A stretch of 64,000 nt of DNA from Desulfurococcaceae archaeon (lineage in GTDB: Archaea; Thermoproteota; Thermoprotei_A; Sulfolobales; Desulfurococcaceae), in the NCBI GenBank assembly GCA_038888155.1, contig JAWAJB010000004.1, positions 64,001 through 128,000 of the forward strand. The letters are read 5' to 3'. The notes beneath the pieces were generated by a model. That model saw only the letters and a list, made by a program, of their open reading frames with translations. It was not told the DNA's origin and made no database searches. Made by a program: the position numbers and the translations under genes. Below are positions 28,230 through 38,293 of the stretch, piece by piece. The stretch's first letter is position 1. Every line of letters begins with the position of its first letter.

Positions 28230-29846
28230 TTAAACTTCTACACTAGCAACTTGCTTTATGAAGCTTAAGTACAGTGGACTTGGAAGTAGTGGCTTGCTTC
28301 TGAACTCTGGGTGCGCCTGTATTCCCAAGTAGAATGCATCGCGGCCTCTTAGCTCTACTATTTCAGGGTAGCCCTCCTCGCTGTACCCTGATATTCTAAG
28401 CCCTGAGGCCTCCAAGATGCCCGCGTACTTAGGGTTAACTACATACCTATGCCTGTGCCGCTCGTATATTTCACGAGACCCATATATCTTCCAAGCTAGT
28501 GTCTCGGGCTCTAGCAGTATCTTCTTGGCTCCAAGCCTCAAAACCCCACCAGTTACATTGAATCCCGCTAGCTCTCGAGGTAGATCAACTACGGGATCGG
28601 GTGTGCTGGGATCAATTTCGGTGCTATTTGCGTTCGCCAGTCCAGCTAAGTTCCTAGCAGCTTCAATAACCATTAACTGCATGCCGAAAGATATCCCAAG
28701 GGTTGGTCTGCCCAACTCCCTGAGTCTCTTAATAGCCATTATTGCGCCCTCTGCCCCTCTTTTACAAAAGCCAGGCAGAATTAGCGCACCGTGAGCGCTT
28801 CCCAGTTCATTAATTAGTGAGGGGTTGTCCTCAATATCGCTCGACTCTATCCACTCGAGATGTGGCTTTACATTACTCCACGCAGAGGCGTGCGTTATGG
28901 CCTCAATTATACTTATATAGCTCTCCTTTATTTTTGTGTACTTGCCTATCATAACTATCTTTACCTGTTTGCTGTGGTTATTCTCCTTTAACTTATTTAC
29001 GAAGTCAATCCACGCACTTATTTCAGGCTCTTTATAATTTAACATCAACTTTTCAAAGAGGTACTTAGTGAAGCCCTGCTCTTTGAGCATTATGGGTACC
29101 TCATAAGGCGAGTCAGTGTAAGGGCAACTGAACACCGCTCGCGGTGGTATGTTGCTGTAAAGTGCTATTTTTTGCCTAGCCTCGCTATCCAGGTGTATAA
29201 GTGACCTCGCTATGATGGCGTCAGGCTGAATACCTATTCTCCGCAACTCCTGGACACTGTGTTGGATTGGCTTAGTTTTCAACTCCCCAGATGAAAGTAT
29301 GGGTGCGAGGCCTAAGTGCACATAAAAAGTATTCGAGTCTCCCTCTTCAAACCGCATCTGCCTGGCTGCTTCCTGGTATGGTAAGCCTTCTATGTCACCA
29401 ACTGTTCCCCCTATCTCGACAATCGCGATATCCGCGTTTGTCTCCCTAGCTATTTCTCGAATTCTCTCCTTTACCTCGTTTGTCACATGTGGTATTACTT
29501 GAACGCATTGACCGTGGTAGTCGCCTCGTCTCTCTTTCATGATCACAGAGTAGTAAATTTTGCCTGAAGTAATGCTATTCTTCTTAGAGAGATCTATGCC
29601 TAAAAATCTCTCATAGTGTCCTATATCCATGTCTGTTTCTCCGCCGTCCTCGGTGACAAAAACTTCTCCGTGAACATAAGGGCTCATGCTGCCTGCGTCT
29701 ACATTCAGGTATGGGTCTATTTTTAGTATTGTGACATTTAGCCCACAGCTCTTGACTAGGAAACCGATTGAAGCCGCTATTGTTCCCTTACCGAGACCGG
29801 ATAAAACTCCTCCTGTTACAAATACATACCTTGTCAAATTGCCCAC
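28230..29846 (-). CDS. pyrG: CTP synthase with atypical glutaminase site
   Basis: TGGVLSGLGKG, KIDPYLNVD, EIGGTVGDIE, KTKP, ERHRHRY, HPEF; nucleophile elbow reads GISFG. Confidence 0.93.
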   Translation of the reverse strand: MGNLTRYVFVTGGVLSGLGKGTIAASIGFLVKSCGLNVTILKIDPYLNVDAGSMSPYVHGEVFVTEDGGETDMDIGHYERFLGIDLSKKNSITSGKIYYSVIMKERRGDYHGQCVQVIPHVTNEVKERIREIARETNADIAIVEIGGTVGDIEGLPYQEAARQMRFEEGDSNTFYVHLGLAPILSSGELKTKPIQHSVQELRRIGIQPDAIIARSLIHLDSEARQKIALYSNIPPRAVFSCPYTDSPYEVPIMLKEQGFTKYLFEKLMLNYKEPEISAWIDFVNKLKENNHSKQVKIVMIGKYTKIKESYISIIEAITHASAWSNVKPHLEWIESSDIEDNPSLINELGSAHGALILPGFCKRGAEGAIMAIKRLRELGRPTLGISFGMQLMVIEAARNLAGLANANSTEIDPSTPDPVVDLPRELAGFNVTGGVLRLGAKKILLEPETLAWKIYGSREIYERHRHRYVVNPKYAGILEASGLRISGYSEEGYPEIVELRGRDAFYLGIQAHPEFRSKPLLPSPLYLSFIKQVASVEV

Positions 29847-29926
29847 GTCGTATTATAATTAAGGAGTATTTAAATTTTGCACGCTTTAATTATATCAATG
29901 AAACAAATTCAACAGGTAATGTAGCC

Positions 29927-30460
29927 CTGGGGATTAAAACCAGATATGCAACTTGGATCGATATACACGAAGCTCTCGGCAAACTATCTAGTAAAGTAAT
30001 GGGCGAGTTCAAGCCGCAAGTATTAATAGCTATAGCTAAGGGTGGCCTCCTCCCCGCGCGAATAATTGCAGACATCCTCGGCGTAGATGAAATAGGCTTC
30101 ATTGAAGTGAAGCTCTATAAATCTATCGGGATTAGGAGTGAGAAACCATACATAAAATTAATTGGAGTGCCGCCAATAATGGACAAAGACGTGTTAGTAG
30201 TAGATGACGTTATCGACAGCGGTAGAACAATGCAGCTAGTAATAGACACGCTCTCTAAGTATACTCCAAGATCAATTAAAGCGCTGGCCATCTACATTAA
30301 ACCGTGGAGTACTTATGTCCCGGATTACTATTACGCCCGCACAGACGAGTGGATTGTATTTCCCTGGGAAATATGCGAATCTGCGAGAGAGGGAGTTGAG
30401 TTAGATCATCCGGAGTACATAAATATAAGCCATTACTGCCAAGGAAGAAACTCTAATTAA
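29927..30460 (+). CDS. Type I (purine) phosphoribosyltransferase; start inferred at CTG 29927
   Basis: AKGGLLPARI, VLVVDDVIDSGRT, WIVFPWE; the track start (29768) lies inside pyrG. Confidence 0.88.
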   Translation: MGIKTRYATWIDIHEALGKLSSKVMGEFKPQVLIAIAKGGLLPARIIADILGVDEIGFIEVKLYKSIGIRSEKPYIKLIGVPPIMDKDVLVVDDVIDSGRTMQLVIDTLSKYTPRSIKALAIYIKPWSTYVPDYYYARTDEWIVFPWEICESAREGVELDHPEYINISHYCQGRNSN

Positions 30461-30691
30461 ATGTAGCCATTTCTGGGGGCTTATTGAGATAAACGTTGCC
30501 CTGTCAGCTATCCTAAATTGTCGGTGCTCCAGGAATAATTTATTGTAAGCCCTCCTTTAGTTAATCCTAAGTCACTTACGAAGTCGTCTATAAAGTAGAA
30601 TAAGTTCCACAACAGCTATTGCTCCCTAATCGTTATTGTATATAGTTTTATTACCCATAAACTATAACTTCCAGTGATTGAGGTGTTTAAA

Positions 30692-32941
30692 GTGAGCCAG
30701 ACATCGGGCCGCTCTGAAAAAACCATCAAGCTTAGAGTTGCCGAAGCTAGAGCTCGTGATGTTGGAAGGAAAATCGCTAGAGTTGACAAAGACTCAATGA
30801 GGAAGCTAAGTCTCGAAGTAGGTGACTTCGTAGAAGTCATTGGCCCAAAGGGTAGAGAGGTGTTGAAAATTTGGCCGGCTTACCCTGAGGACGAGGGAAC
30901 AGGCCTTATAAGAGTCGATGGAACAGTCAGGAAAAGCCTGGGGGTCTCGCCAGGTGATTATGTTACGGTTAAGCCGATTAAGGTAGAGCCGGCAACTAGA
31001 GTTGTTGTTGCGCCTGTTGAACACATGCCCAGAATAGGGGCTGACCCCGACTACTATGGACAAACAATTAAGAAGTACCTTCAAGGTAATCCTATTAAAC
31101 GCGGAGACATCATTGATATTCCGTTTTACGGCATGTTACTGAGGTTTATGGTAACTAGCGTTCAGCCCTCTGCTGTTGTTTACGTAACAGACGACACGGC
31201 TATAGAGGTGAGGCTTCAACCTGTTAGACCGGGGCTAGTTGGCGAGGGCGTGCCCCTCGTAACATGGGAAGATATAGGAAACCTAGAGGAAGTAAAACAG
31301 AAAATTAGAGAGATCATAGAGCTGCCGCTCAAACACCCAGAGCTATTTGAAAAGCTGGGCATTGAGCCTCCTAAAGGGATACTGCTCTTCGGACCGCCTG
31401 GAACAGGTAAGACTCTCCTTGCTAAGGCACTTGCAAATGAAATAGGGGCATACTTTATATCTATTAATGGACCAGAAATAATGAGCAAGTTCTATGGTGA
31501 ATCAGAAGAGAGACTACGGAGGATCTTCGAGGAGGCTCAGGCAAATGCGCCTGCCATAATATTTATTGATGAAATAGACAGTATTGCGCCAAAAAGAGAG
31601 GAAGTCGTTGGCGAAGTAGAGAAAAGGGTTGTTGCTCAACTCCTGGCGCTAATGGACGGACTTAAGGAAAGAGGGCGCGTTATAGTAATAGGAGCTACAA
31701 ATAGGCCAGAGGCGCTAGATCCAGCGCTCAGAAGACCTGGTAGGTTTGATAGGGAAATAGAGATCCCACCTCCTGATAAAAGGGCTAGAAGAGAGATATT
31801 AGCTGTTCACACTAGAAACATGCCCTTATCTGAGGACGTTGAGCTAGATAAAATAGCTGACATTACACACGGGTACACTGGTGCAGACATAGCTGCATTA
31901 GTGAAGGAAGCTGCAATGAATGCCCTCAGGAGGTTTATACAAGGAGAGAACATCGACTTAAATCAGCCAATCCCAGCTGATAAGCTAGAGAAACTGAGAG
32001 TGACTATGGAGGACTTCCTAGCGGCAATGAAGGGCATTCAGCCATCCCTAATAAGAGAAGTCATCGTGGAGATTCCCGAAGTGAGGTGGATCGATATAGG
32101 TGGACTGGACAACATTAAACAGGAGCTTAGGGAGAGCATAGAATGGCCTATGAGGTATCCTCAGGTGTTTGAAAAAATGGGCATTGAGCCTCCTAAAGGG
32201 ATACTGCTCTTCGGACCGCCTGGAACAGGTAAGACTCTCCTTGCTAAGGCAGTTGCTACTGAGAGCGGGGCCAACTTTATAGCGATAAGGGGTCCCGAGA
32301 TACTTAGCAAATGGGTTGGCGAGTCCGAGAAGGCAATACGACAAATATTTAGAAGAGCTCGCATGGTTGCCCCCGCTGTGGTATTTTTCGATGAAATTGA
32401 CTCCGTAGCTGCAGTAAGAGGGAGCGACCCAAGCGGGGTTATCGACAGAATAGTAAACCAACTGCTCACAGAGCTAGACGGCATACAGCCATTGCGAAGG
32501 GTTGTCGTTATAGCTGCCACCAATAGGCCAGATCTGCTGGATCCAGCTCTTCTCAGACCTGGTAGGTTTGATAAGCTAGTATACGTGCCTCCACCTGACT
32601 ATAAGGCTAGAGTTGAAATATTTAAAGTTCACACGAGGAAAACTCCGCTTGGAGAGGACTTTAACTTACACGAGTTAGCCAAGAGAACAGAAGGCTACAC
32701 TGGGGCTGATATAGCTGCTGTTTGTAAAGAGGCTGCGATGTACGCTCTTAGAGAGTCTTTCACTAAGGCTGGTTCGCTTCAAGTTGTAAAAGTAGAGATG
32801 AGGCACTTTCTAGAGGCCTTGAACAGTATACCTCCAAGCCTGAGTAAATCGGACGTTGAAATGTACGACCAATTGGCAAAGGAAATAAAGAGAGTTAGCA
32901 CTAGTGGGAGCTTTAAGCGCATACAGCTACCTTACGGCTAG
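30692..32941 (+). CDS. cdc48: Cdc48/VCP AAA+ ATPase
   Basis: Double-psi N domain, two GPPGTGKT Walker A, two DEID Walker B, RPGRFD, C-terminal HbYX-like PYG; start GTG after GAGGTG SD. Confidence 0.97.
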   Translation: MSQTSGRSEKTIKLRVAEARARDVGRKIARVDKDSMRKLSLEVGDFVEVIGPKGREVLKIWPAYPEDEGTGLIRVDGTVRKSLGVSPGDYVTVKPIKVEPATRVVVAPVEHMPRIGADPDYYGQTIKKYLQGNPIKRGDIIDIPFYGMLLRFMVTSVQPSAVVYVTDDTAIEVRLQPVRPGLVGEGVPLVTWEDIGNLEEVKQKIREIIELPLKHPELFEKLGIEPPKGILLFGPPGTGKTLLAKALANEIGAYFISINGPEIMSKFYGESEERLRRIFEEAQANAPAIIFIDEIDSIAPKREEVVGEVEKRVVAQLLALMDGLKERGRVIVIGATNRPEALDPALRRPGRFDREIEIPPPDKRARREILAVHTRNMPLSEDVELDKIADITHGYTGADIAALVKEAAMNALRRFIQGENIDLNQPIPADKLEKLRVTMEDFLAAMKGIQPSLIREVIVEIPEVRWIDIGGLDNIKQELRESIEWPMRYPQVFEKMGIEPPKGILLFGPPGTGKTLLAKAVATESGANFIAIRGPEILSKWVGESEKAIRQIFRRARMVAPAVVFFDEIDSVAAVRGSDPSGVIDRIVNQLLTELDGIQPLRRVVVIAATNRPDLLDPALLRPGRFDKLVYVPPPDYKARVEIFKVHTRKTPLGEDFNLHELAKRTEGYTGADIAAVCKEAAMYALRESFTKAGSLQVVKVEMRHFLEALNSIPPSLSKSDVEMYDQLAKEIKRVSTSGSFKRIQLPYG
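31356..31429 (+). repeat. 74-bp perfect direct repeat, copy 1 (cdc48 D1 Walker A region)
   Basis: Identical to 32178-32251 by manual alignment. Confidence 0.95.
32178..32251 (+). repeat. 74-bp perfect direct repeat, copy 2 (cdc48 D2 Walker A region)
   Basis: Identical to 31356-31429. Confidence 0.95.
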
Positions 32942-32982
32942 ACTTAGCTTCCGGCGCTTCAACGCCTAGCCGGTGTTTTTAT

Positions 32983-35436
32983 TTGACTAAGAAAACAAAG
33001 CCTGAAGTCTCTCGATCTTTCGCAAAGTTCCTTAGCAGTTTAGGTAAATTATCAGATGTTTTGATAAAGTCGAGAATAAGATCCCTCATAGTCTTATCTG
33101 GCTCTCAGCCAATAAGTTTGGGAGAACTTGGATCAAGAGCGGTGAACTACTATGCTAGGAAATGGATAAAGCAGGGAAAGATAGAGCTCAGAGGGCTGTA
33201 CGTCTATCACACTGAATTCGCTGACGCTGTTAAAATGAAAGAGGCATTTGAAGAAAAAGTGCTATCGAAGAAGCTAGTTGAATTTGAATACGCAGCTTAC
33301 GAGAGAAGTGAGAAGTACTTGGGCGCAACAGTACAATTCCTAGTCATGGACTTAACAAAGGATTTAAAGCCTAATGACATCGGTAAGCTAGTAGGTATAG
33401 TTGAGGGGGGCGGGTTAATACTGCTTCTAGCTCCGCCGTGGAAATTATGGGATAACTTTAAAACAATTTTCAAGGAGACGCTCACAGTTCCCCATTTCCC
33501 TGAGCCACGGCATGTTTTTATTGCCTGGTTTAAGAAAAAGCTCCTCGAACATTATGGAATAGGAGTATATGATGCCGACAATCAAAAAATCATTAAGGCA
33601 ATATCGCTTGTTGAGAAACCGAAGACGTACGCTAAGAACGTCACAATACCTAGTGAGAGGATCTTCCCAATTGATGTGTATGAACACGCGCTGACCGCAG
33701 ATCAAATAAACGTAATTAAGATCCTCGAGAATTTTTACGAAAAACCCAAGAAAAGTACTAAAAAGGTGTTCGTGCTAACAGCAGATAGAGGAAGAGGAAA
33801 GAGCTGTGCTATAGGTATAGGCATTGTTGGCTTGTTGCACCTTTTCCTATCAAAGAAGATAAAGCCGCGCTTCAGAGCCCTAGTTACTTCTCCCTCGCCG
33901 AGTAATGTTCAATCGCTAATGATGCTTTCCTGCCGGGTGTTGGATAAGCTTGGCTACACTTATAACTCCATTAGGAGAGGAGGGAATCTGATCGAGATTA
34001 GAGGAGAGAGGTTCAGCATAGAGTATTGGGAGCCACTAAATATACCAAAGCTTAAAGGCGACATAGTGATCGTCGATGAGGCAGCAAGCTTGCACGTCCC
34101 GTTGCTGTATAAAATCCTAGATGTGCATAACCGCTTGATCTTCTCGACTACAATTCACGGCTACGAAGGTAGCGGTAGAGGTTTTTCGGTGAGGTTCTTG
34201 AGAAGACTTCAAACCATGGAGAACGTTGAGCTTTACAAATACGAAATGAGCGAGCCTATAAGGTATAACTATAACGACCCAATTGAGGAGTGGCAGTTCA
34301 AGACATTGCTCCTAGATGCTGAACCAGCCGAGTTAACTCAGTCAGACCTTGAGGATATTGAATCAAAGAAATTAATATACGTGAAAATTGAGCCCGAGGT
34401 CTTATTCAACAAAGAAGAAGAGCTGAGACAGCTGTTTGGAATATACGTTTTAGCTCACTATAGAAATGAGCCAGACGACCTAGGTATGCTAGCAGATGCG
34501 CCTCACCATTTAATCAGGGCAGTTAAAACTGCCTCAGGCAAAATAGTGTGCTCAATACAAATAGCCCAAGAGGGCCCGATAGATCAAAAGTTCGCCGAAG
34601 AGCTCTTAAGGGGAGGTAAGATACAGGGGAATATTATCCCCGATAGGTTCCTCAAGCACTTACGCCTACTAGACTTCGCATACACGACGGGATGGCGGAT
34701 TGTTAGAATAGCCACTCACCCAGCGGTAATAGGTAAAGGAGTAGGTAGCTGGGCGTTGGAAAAGATATTCGAGGAAGTGAAAGAAAGGGGCCTTGATTGG
34801 CTTGGAGCCGGATTCGGCGTCACAGACGAGCTCTTAAGGTTTTGGATTAAAAACGGCTTTAGTGTAGTACACATTAGCCCGGATAGAAATCCGACAAGTG
34901 GAGAGTATACTGTCCTAGTAATAAAGCCCTCCAGCGAGAAAACAGAAAAAATTCTAAGTGTAGCCAAGCTCGAGTTCAAGTTGAAGTTCATGAAAAGTCT
35001 CCCAATTAACTATAGGGAACTAGAGCCTGAGGTTGTATACCTAATAATAAACAGCGGCCCCTACATTTACTACACTTTGCCGCCTGGCTCTTTATCGCCT
35101 ATAAGCATAGATAGGCTGTGGACTTACTGCACTGGGCCAATGACCTTCGAGGTCGCTGCAGACTTAGTTTTCAGCATTGCAAGGCTTTACTGGCTCACAA
35201 GTGAGGAGAACAGACCACGCCTATCGAAGCAACAAGAGCTTTTGCTAATTACAAAGGCTCTCCAGGGACTTTCGTGGGACGAGGCTTCTCGAATTTTAGG
35301 CAAACCAGTTAGGGCTCTTCAGGAAATTGGCCACGAAATAGCTTGCATATTCTTTGAGTTCCTAACTGGACTGGCTCCAAGCTCGTATAAGCCGGGGATT
35401 TTTCTGTCAGAGTACGGGCCAGGTAACTTGGACTGA
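32983..35436 (+). CDS. tmcA: RNA cytidine acetyltransferase TmcA/Nat10
   Basis: TADRGRGKS, VDEAA, TTIHGYEGSGRGF, AHYRNEPDDL, RIVRIATHP. Confidence 0.95.
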   Translation: MTKKTKPEVSRSFAKFLSSLGKLSDVLIKSRIRSLIVLSGSQPISLGELGSRAVNYYARKWIKQGKIELRGLYVYHTEFADAVKMKEAFEEKVLSKKLVEFEYAAYERSEKYLGATVQFLVMDLTKDLKPNDIGKLVGIVEGGGLILLLAPPWKLWDNFKTIFKETLTVPHFPEPRHVFIAWFKKKLLEHYGIGVYDADNQKIIKAISLVEKPKTYAKNVTIPSERIFPIDVYEHALTADQINVIKILENFYEKPKKSTKKVFVLTADRGRGKSCAIGIGIVGLLHLFLSKKIKPRFRALVTSPSPSNVQSLMMLSCRVLDKLGYTYNSIRRGGNLIEIRGERFSIEYWEPLNIPKLKGDIVIVDEAASLHVPLLYKILDVHNRLIFSTTIHGYEGSGRGFSVRFLRRLQTMENVELYKYEMSEPIRYNYNDPIEEWQFKTLLLDAEPAELTQSDLEDIESKKLIYVKIEPEVLFNKEEELRQLFGIYVLAHYRNEPDDLGMLADAPHHLIRAVKTASGKIVCSIQIAQEGPIDQKFAEELLRGGKIQGNIIPDRFLKHLRLLDFAYTTGWRIVRIATHPAVIGKGVGSWALEKIFEEVKERGLDWLGAGFGVTDELLRFWIKNGFSVVHISPDRNPTSGEYTVLVIKPSSEKTEKILSVAKLEFKLKFMKSLPINYRELEPEVVYLIINSGPYIYYTLPPGSLSPISIDRLWTYCTGPMTFEVAADLVFSIARLYWLTSEENRPRLSKQQELLLITKALQGLSWDEASRILGKPVRALQEIGHEIACIFFEFLTGLAPSSYKPGIFLSEYGPGNLD

Positions 35437-35545
35437 ACTCTGCAGTTCAACACAGCGATAGAGAGGCGAGCAGTTTAGATCCGCTGAAACTATAATAAAT
35501 TAAGCACAAATTACAAATCAACATTGAAAGGGCTGGAGATTATAA

Positions 35546-36616
35546 ATGACATTGATATTGAAGGCTTCTCCAGAGAAACCCGATCCCGCTGTTCTGAGAA
35601 AGGCTGCTGAGGTTTTAAGAGGCGGGGGGTTAGTTGCTTTTCCTACGGAAACAGTTTATGGACTTGGAGGGGCTGTTTTTCTTGAAGACTCCATTAAGAA
35701 GATATTTTTAGCCAAGCAAAGACCGCTCGATAATCCTCTAATTATCCACGTGTGCGATGAATCCACGCTGAGTCGCGTAGCGGTAAATGTGCCTGAAAAG
35801 GCATACAAGCTAATAAATGTGTTCTGGCCAGGTCCACTAACTCTTATATTGCCAAGACATCCAAACATACCTAAAGTAGTTACTGGTGGCCTTAACACGG
35901 TAGCCGTGAGAATGCCGGCCCATCCTATTGCTCTTAGCTTAATTAAGGAGGCTGATGTGCCAATAGCAGCGCCTAGCGCCAACCTAGCTGGAAGGCCCAG
36001 CCCAACGAGTGCAGATCACGTTATCCGAGACCTCTATGGGCGGATAGACATTATTATTGACGGCGGTGAAACTCTCTATGGCATAGAGTCCACAATAATA
36101 AATATACTAATGGAGCCGCCCGTTCTGCTGAGGCCGGGGGCTTACTCTGTGGAAGATATCGAGAGAGTCTTGGGCGAGAAAATTAGCGTTCCTGATTTTG
36201 CGCGCGGACTAAAGGAATTTGAGATAGCGCTAGCCCCTGGAACGAGGTATAAACACTACGCACCCCAAACGCCCATTCTGCTGGTAGAGCCTTTGTCGGG
36301 TAACATTGAAAGACTAGTTAGTACGATTATAAACTACGTTTTGGCCTATGCCAGCAATTACAGAAAAGTGTGCGTAGTGTCATCACGCGAAACTATTGCT
36401 GCTTACTCCCCTTTAAGGGAGATGGGCGTAATTGTTCTAGAAATAGGTTCTAGAAAAAATTTATTCGAAGTTGCTAAAAACCTGTTTAAATTGCTTAGGG
36501 CACTTGATGACACGGGCTGCAGTATTGCAATAATCGAGGGCTTTGAAGAACGGGGCTTAGGCCTCGCTGTAATGAATAGGTTGCGAAAAGCCTCCCATAC
36601 GATTATACCAGCGTGA
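35546..36616 (+). CDS. sua5: Threonylcarbamoyl-AMP synthase Sua5
   Basis: FPTETVYGL, KQRPLDNPLI, APSAN, PG.RYKHYAP. Confidence 0.96.
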   Translation: MTLILKASPEKPDPAVLRKAAEVLRGGGLVAFPTETVYGLGGAVFLEDSIKKIFLAKQRPLDNPLIIHVCDESTLSRVAVNVPEKAYKLINVFWPGPLTLILPRHPNIPKVVTGGLNTVAVRMPAHPIALSLIKEADVPIAAPSANLAGRPSPTSADHVIRDLYGRIDIIIDGGETLYGIESTIINILMEPPVLLRPGAYSVEDIERVLGEKISVPDFARGLKEFEIALAPGTRYKHYAPQTPILLVEPLSGNIERLVSTIINYVLAYASNYRKVCVVSSRETIAAYSPLREMGVIVLEIGSRKNLFEVAKNLFKLLRALDDTGCSIAIIEGFEERGLGLAVMNRLRKASHTIIPA

Positions 36617-36622
36617 ATTCAC

Positions 36623-36904
36623 TTAACCAAAACGCTTAATAAATACCAATTTAACAAAGAGCCCTGGCAAGTGTTTTCCTAGTGCGGACTCAACAGCTTC
36701 GAGGACAAGCTTATTTGCCTCGGGTTTGCCGTACAATCTCAATACTGCTTCGTTGAACCCAGGATACAGGTGCAGACTTGCTACGAACTCCCTTGCGTAC
36801 ATAATTCTAATACTGTAGGAGTGCCTCTCAGCCCAGAGCCCTTTGTTCCTGAGTTCGCTTACAACTAAATTGAGCTTCTTGTGATCTAAACTTGGATAGA
36901 GCAT
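36623..36904 (-). CDS. Hypothetical protein
   Basis: 93-aa ORF with GGTG SD, convergent with sua5. Confidence 0.65.
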   Translation of the reverse strand: MLYPSLDHKKLNLVVSELRNKGLWAERHSYSIRIMYAREFVASLHLYPGFNEAVLRLYGKPEANKLVLEAVESALGKHLPGLFVKLVFIKRFG

Positions 36905-36921
36905 TCTACTTGCACCAACTC

Positions 36922-36945
36922 CTGCTAAAAACTCTGCTAAAAACT
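36922..36945. repeat. 12-bp tandem duplication CTGCTAAAAACT x2
   Basis: 36922-33 is identical to 36934-45. Confidence 0.85.
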
Positions 36946-37131
36946 AATTCATTATAGGCAACCTCAATTGTGCTCTACGTTGAGGTAAAATCTTTTGCCC
37001 TTAAATAATAAAGGCGAGTTTATTTAATCAAACGGCATTCCAACCTTTTCCGCAGCTTAACCCTTAGTTCTCAATACGTCTTTGGCACAAAACACTTTTA
37101 AATAATTAAAAGCTGGGAATTATTTACCTTT

Positions 37132-37187
37132 AAGTGATGATAGTGCTTTTAAGGCCTGAACAGTGATGAGCCCGCGCAGGGTTGACT
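37132..37187 (+). ncRNA. Box C/D guide sRNA overlapping the ubiX start
   Basis: C GTGATGA 37134-40, guide, D' CTGA 37156-59, C' GTGATGA 37163-69, 12-nt guide, D TTGA 37182-85; TATA near 37097. Confidence 0.85.
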
Positions 37188-37762
37188 ACCAAAGAGCCCT
37201 AGTTGTAGCTTTAACTGGAGCTAGCGGAATCTCCCTCGGTATAAGATTACTTAGATATGGTGATCTTCTCAGGACGCTCTACAGTAAAGTGTATGCTTTG
37301 TTCAGCGAAAACGCCGCTAAAATAGCGAAAGTAGAGGAAAACATTGAGCTGGTATCGCATCTCGCATCGATGGATATTGACGCCTTTTACTCCGAAAAGG
37401 ATATCACGGCTCCGCTTGCGAGTTCAAGCAACATTGTTAACACCGATATGGTGATAATACCTGCCTCTCTTAACACTGTTGCCAAGGTGGCGAACAGCAT
37501 TCAGGATAACCTGATAGTTCGGACTGCTTGCAACGTTCTCAGGTTAAAACAAAAGCTGATAATAGTTGTTAGAGAGACCCCCCTGTCTCCTCTAGATCTC
37601 AGAAATCTCTACAGGCTCTCTCTGGCTGGCGCAACAATAATGCCAGCTGTACTTGCGATGTACATTAGGCCTAGAAGCATTGAAGAAGTGATGGATTTCG
37701 TGGTTGGTAAAGTTCTCGACGCTCTTGGAATAGAGCACTACATTTACAGGAGATGGAGTTAA
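37163..37762 (+). CDS. ubiX: Flavin prenyltransferase UbiX
   Basis: ALTGASG, PASLNTVAK, DNL, RETP. Confidence 0.92.
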   Translation: MMSPRRVDYQRALVVALTGASGISLGIRLLRYGDLLRTLYSKVYALFSENAAKIAKVEENIELVSHLASMDIDAFYSEKDITAPLASSSNIVNTDMVIIPASLNTVAKVANSIQDNLIVRTACNVLRLKQKLIIVVRETPLSPLDLRNLYRLSLAGATIMPAVLAMYIRPRSIEEVMDFVVGKVLDALGIEHYIYRRWS

Positions 37763-37852
37763 TAAAATCACATAAGATAAAAACATATTAGCTCCAAAAT
37801 ATATTAGGAGTTTTGCACTAGAATCTAAGGGGGTTTTTTCGGCAAAAAGTAG

Positions 37853-38272
37853 GTGCTAGTAATGAAAACCAGCACAAGAGACGACTCCTTGGATCATTCT
37901 TACCAACAATCGCGGCGAGGGCCTCAAAGAGTTGCGCAGCCCTCTAGAGTAGAGGATCGAAGGGTAACCCCACAGCCAATAGGTGATCGATGCAACCCGC
38001 TGTGCCTGCTATTCATATGCAGTAGAAATGCATTTTTCCTCGCTAATAGGCCATTTAAGGGTAGAATCGTCAAGGTGGCTCAATGCAGATTGACTGGCAG
38101 CGACTGCATTGGGGGGGAGTGCCAATACTCCTCGTGTAAAGTAAATAGCCTTCTCCCAAACAACAAGTGCTCTAAGGCGCTCGAGAAGAAAATCAGCAGG
38201 ACTTCAGACGATGATATATTCAAAGAGATGATGAAATTCGAGGAGTACGACGTGACAGATTTTAAGCGCTAA
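37853..38272 (+). CDS. Hypothetical Cys-rich (metal-binding) protein
   Basis: Eight Cys in CNPLC..C and C-x6-C-x4-C-x4-C..C; acidic tail. Confidence 0.7.
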   Translation: MLVMKTSTRDDSLDHSYQQSRRGPQRVAQPSRVEDRRVTPQPIGDRCNPLCLLFICSRNAFFLANRPFKGRIVKVAQCRLTGSDCIGGECQYSSCKVNSLLPNNKCSKALEKKISRTSDDDIFKEMMKFEEYDVTDFKR

Positions 38273-38293
38273 GATGCAGACGACAACCCTTGA

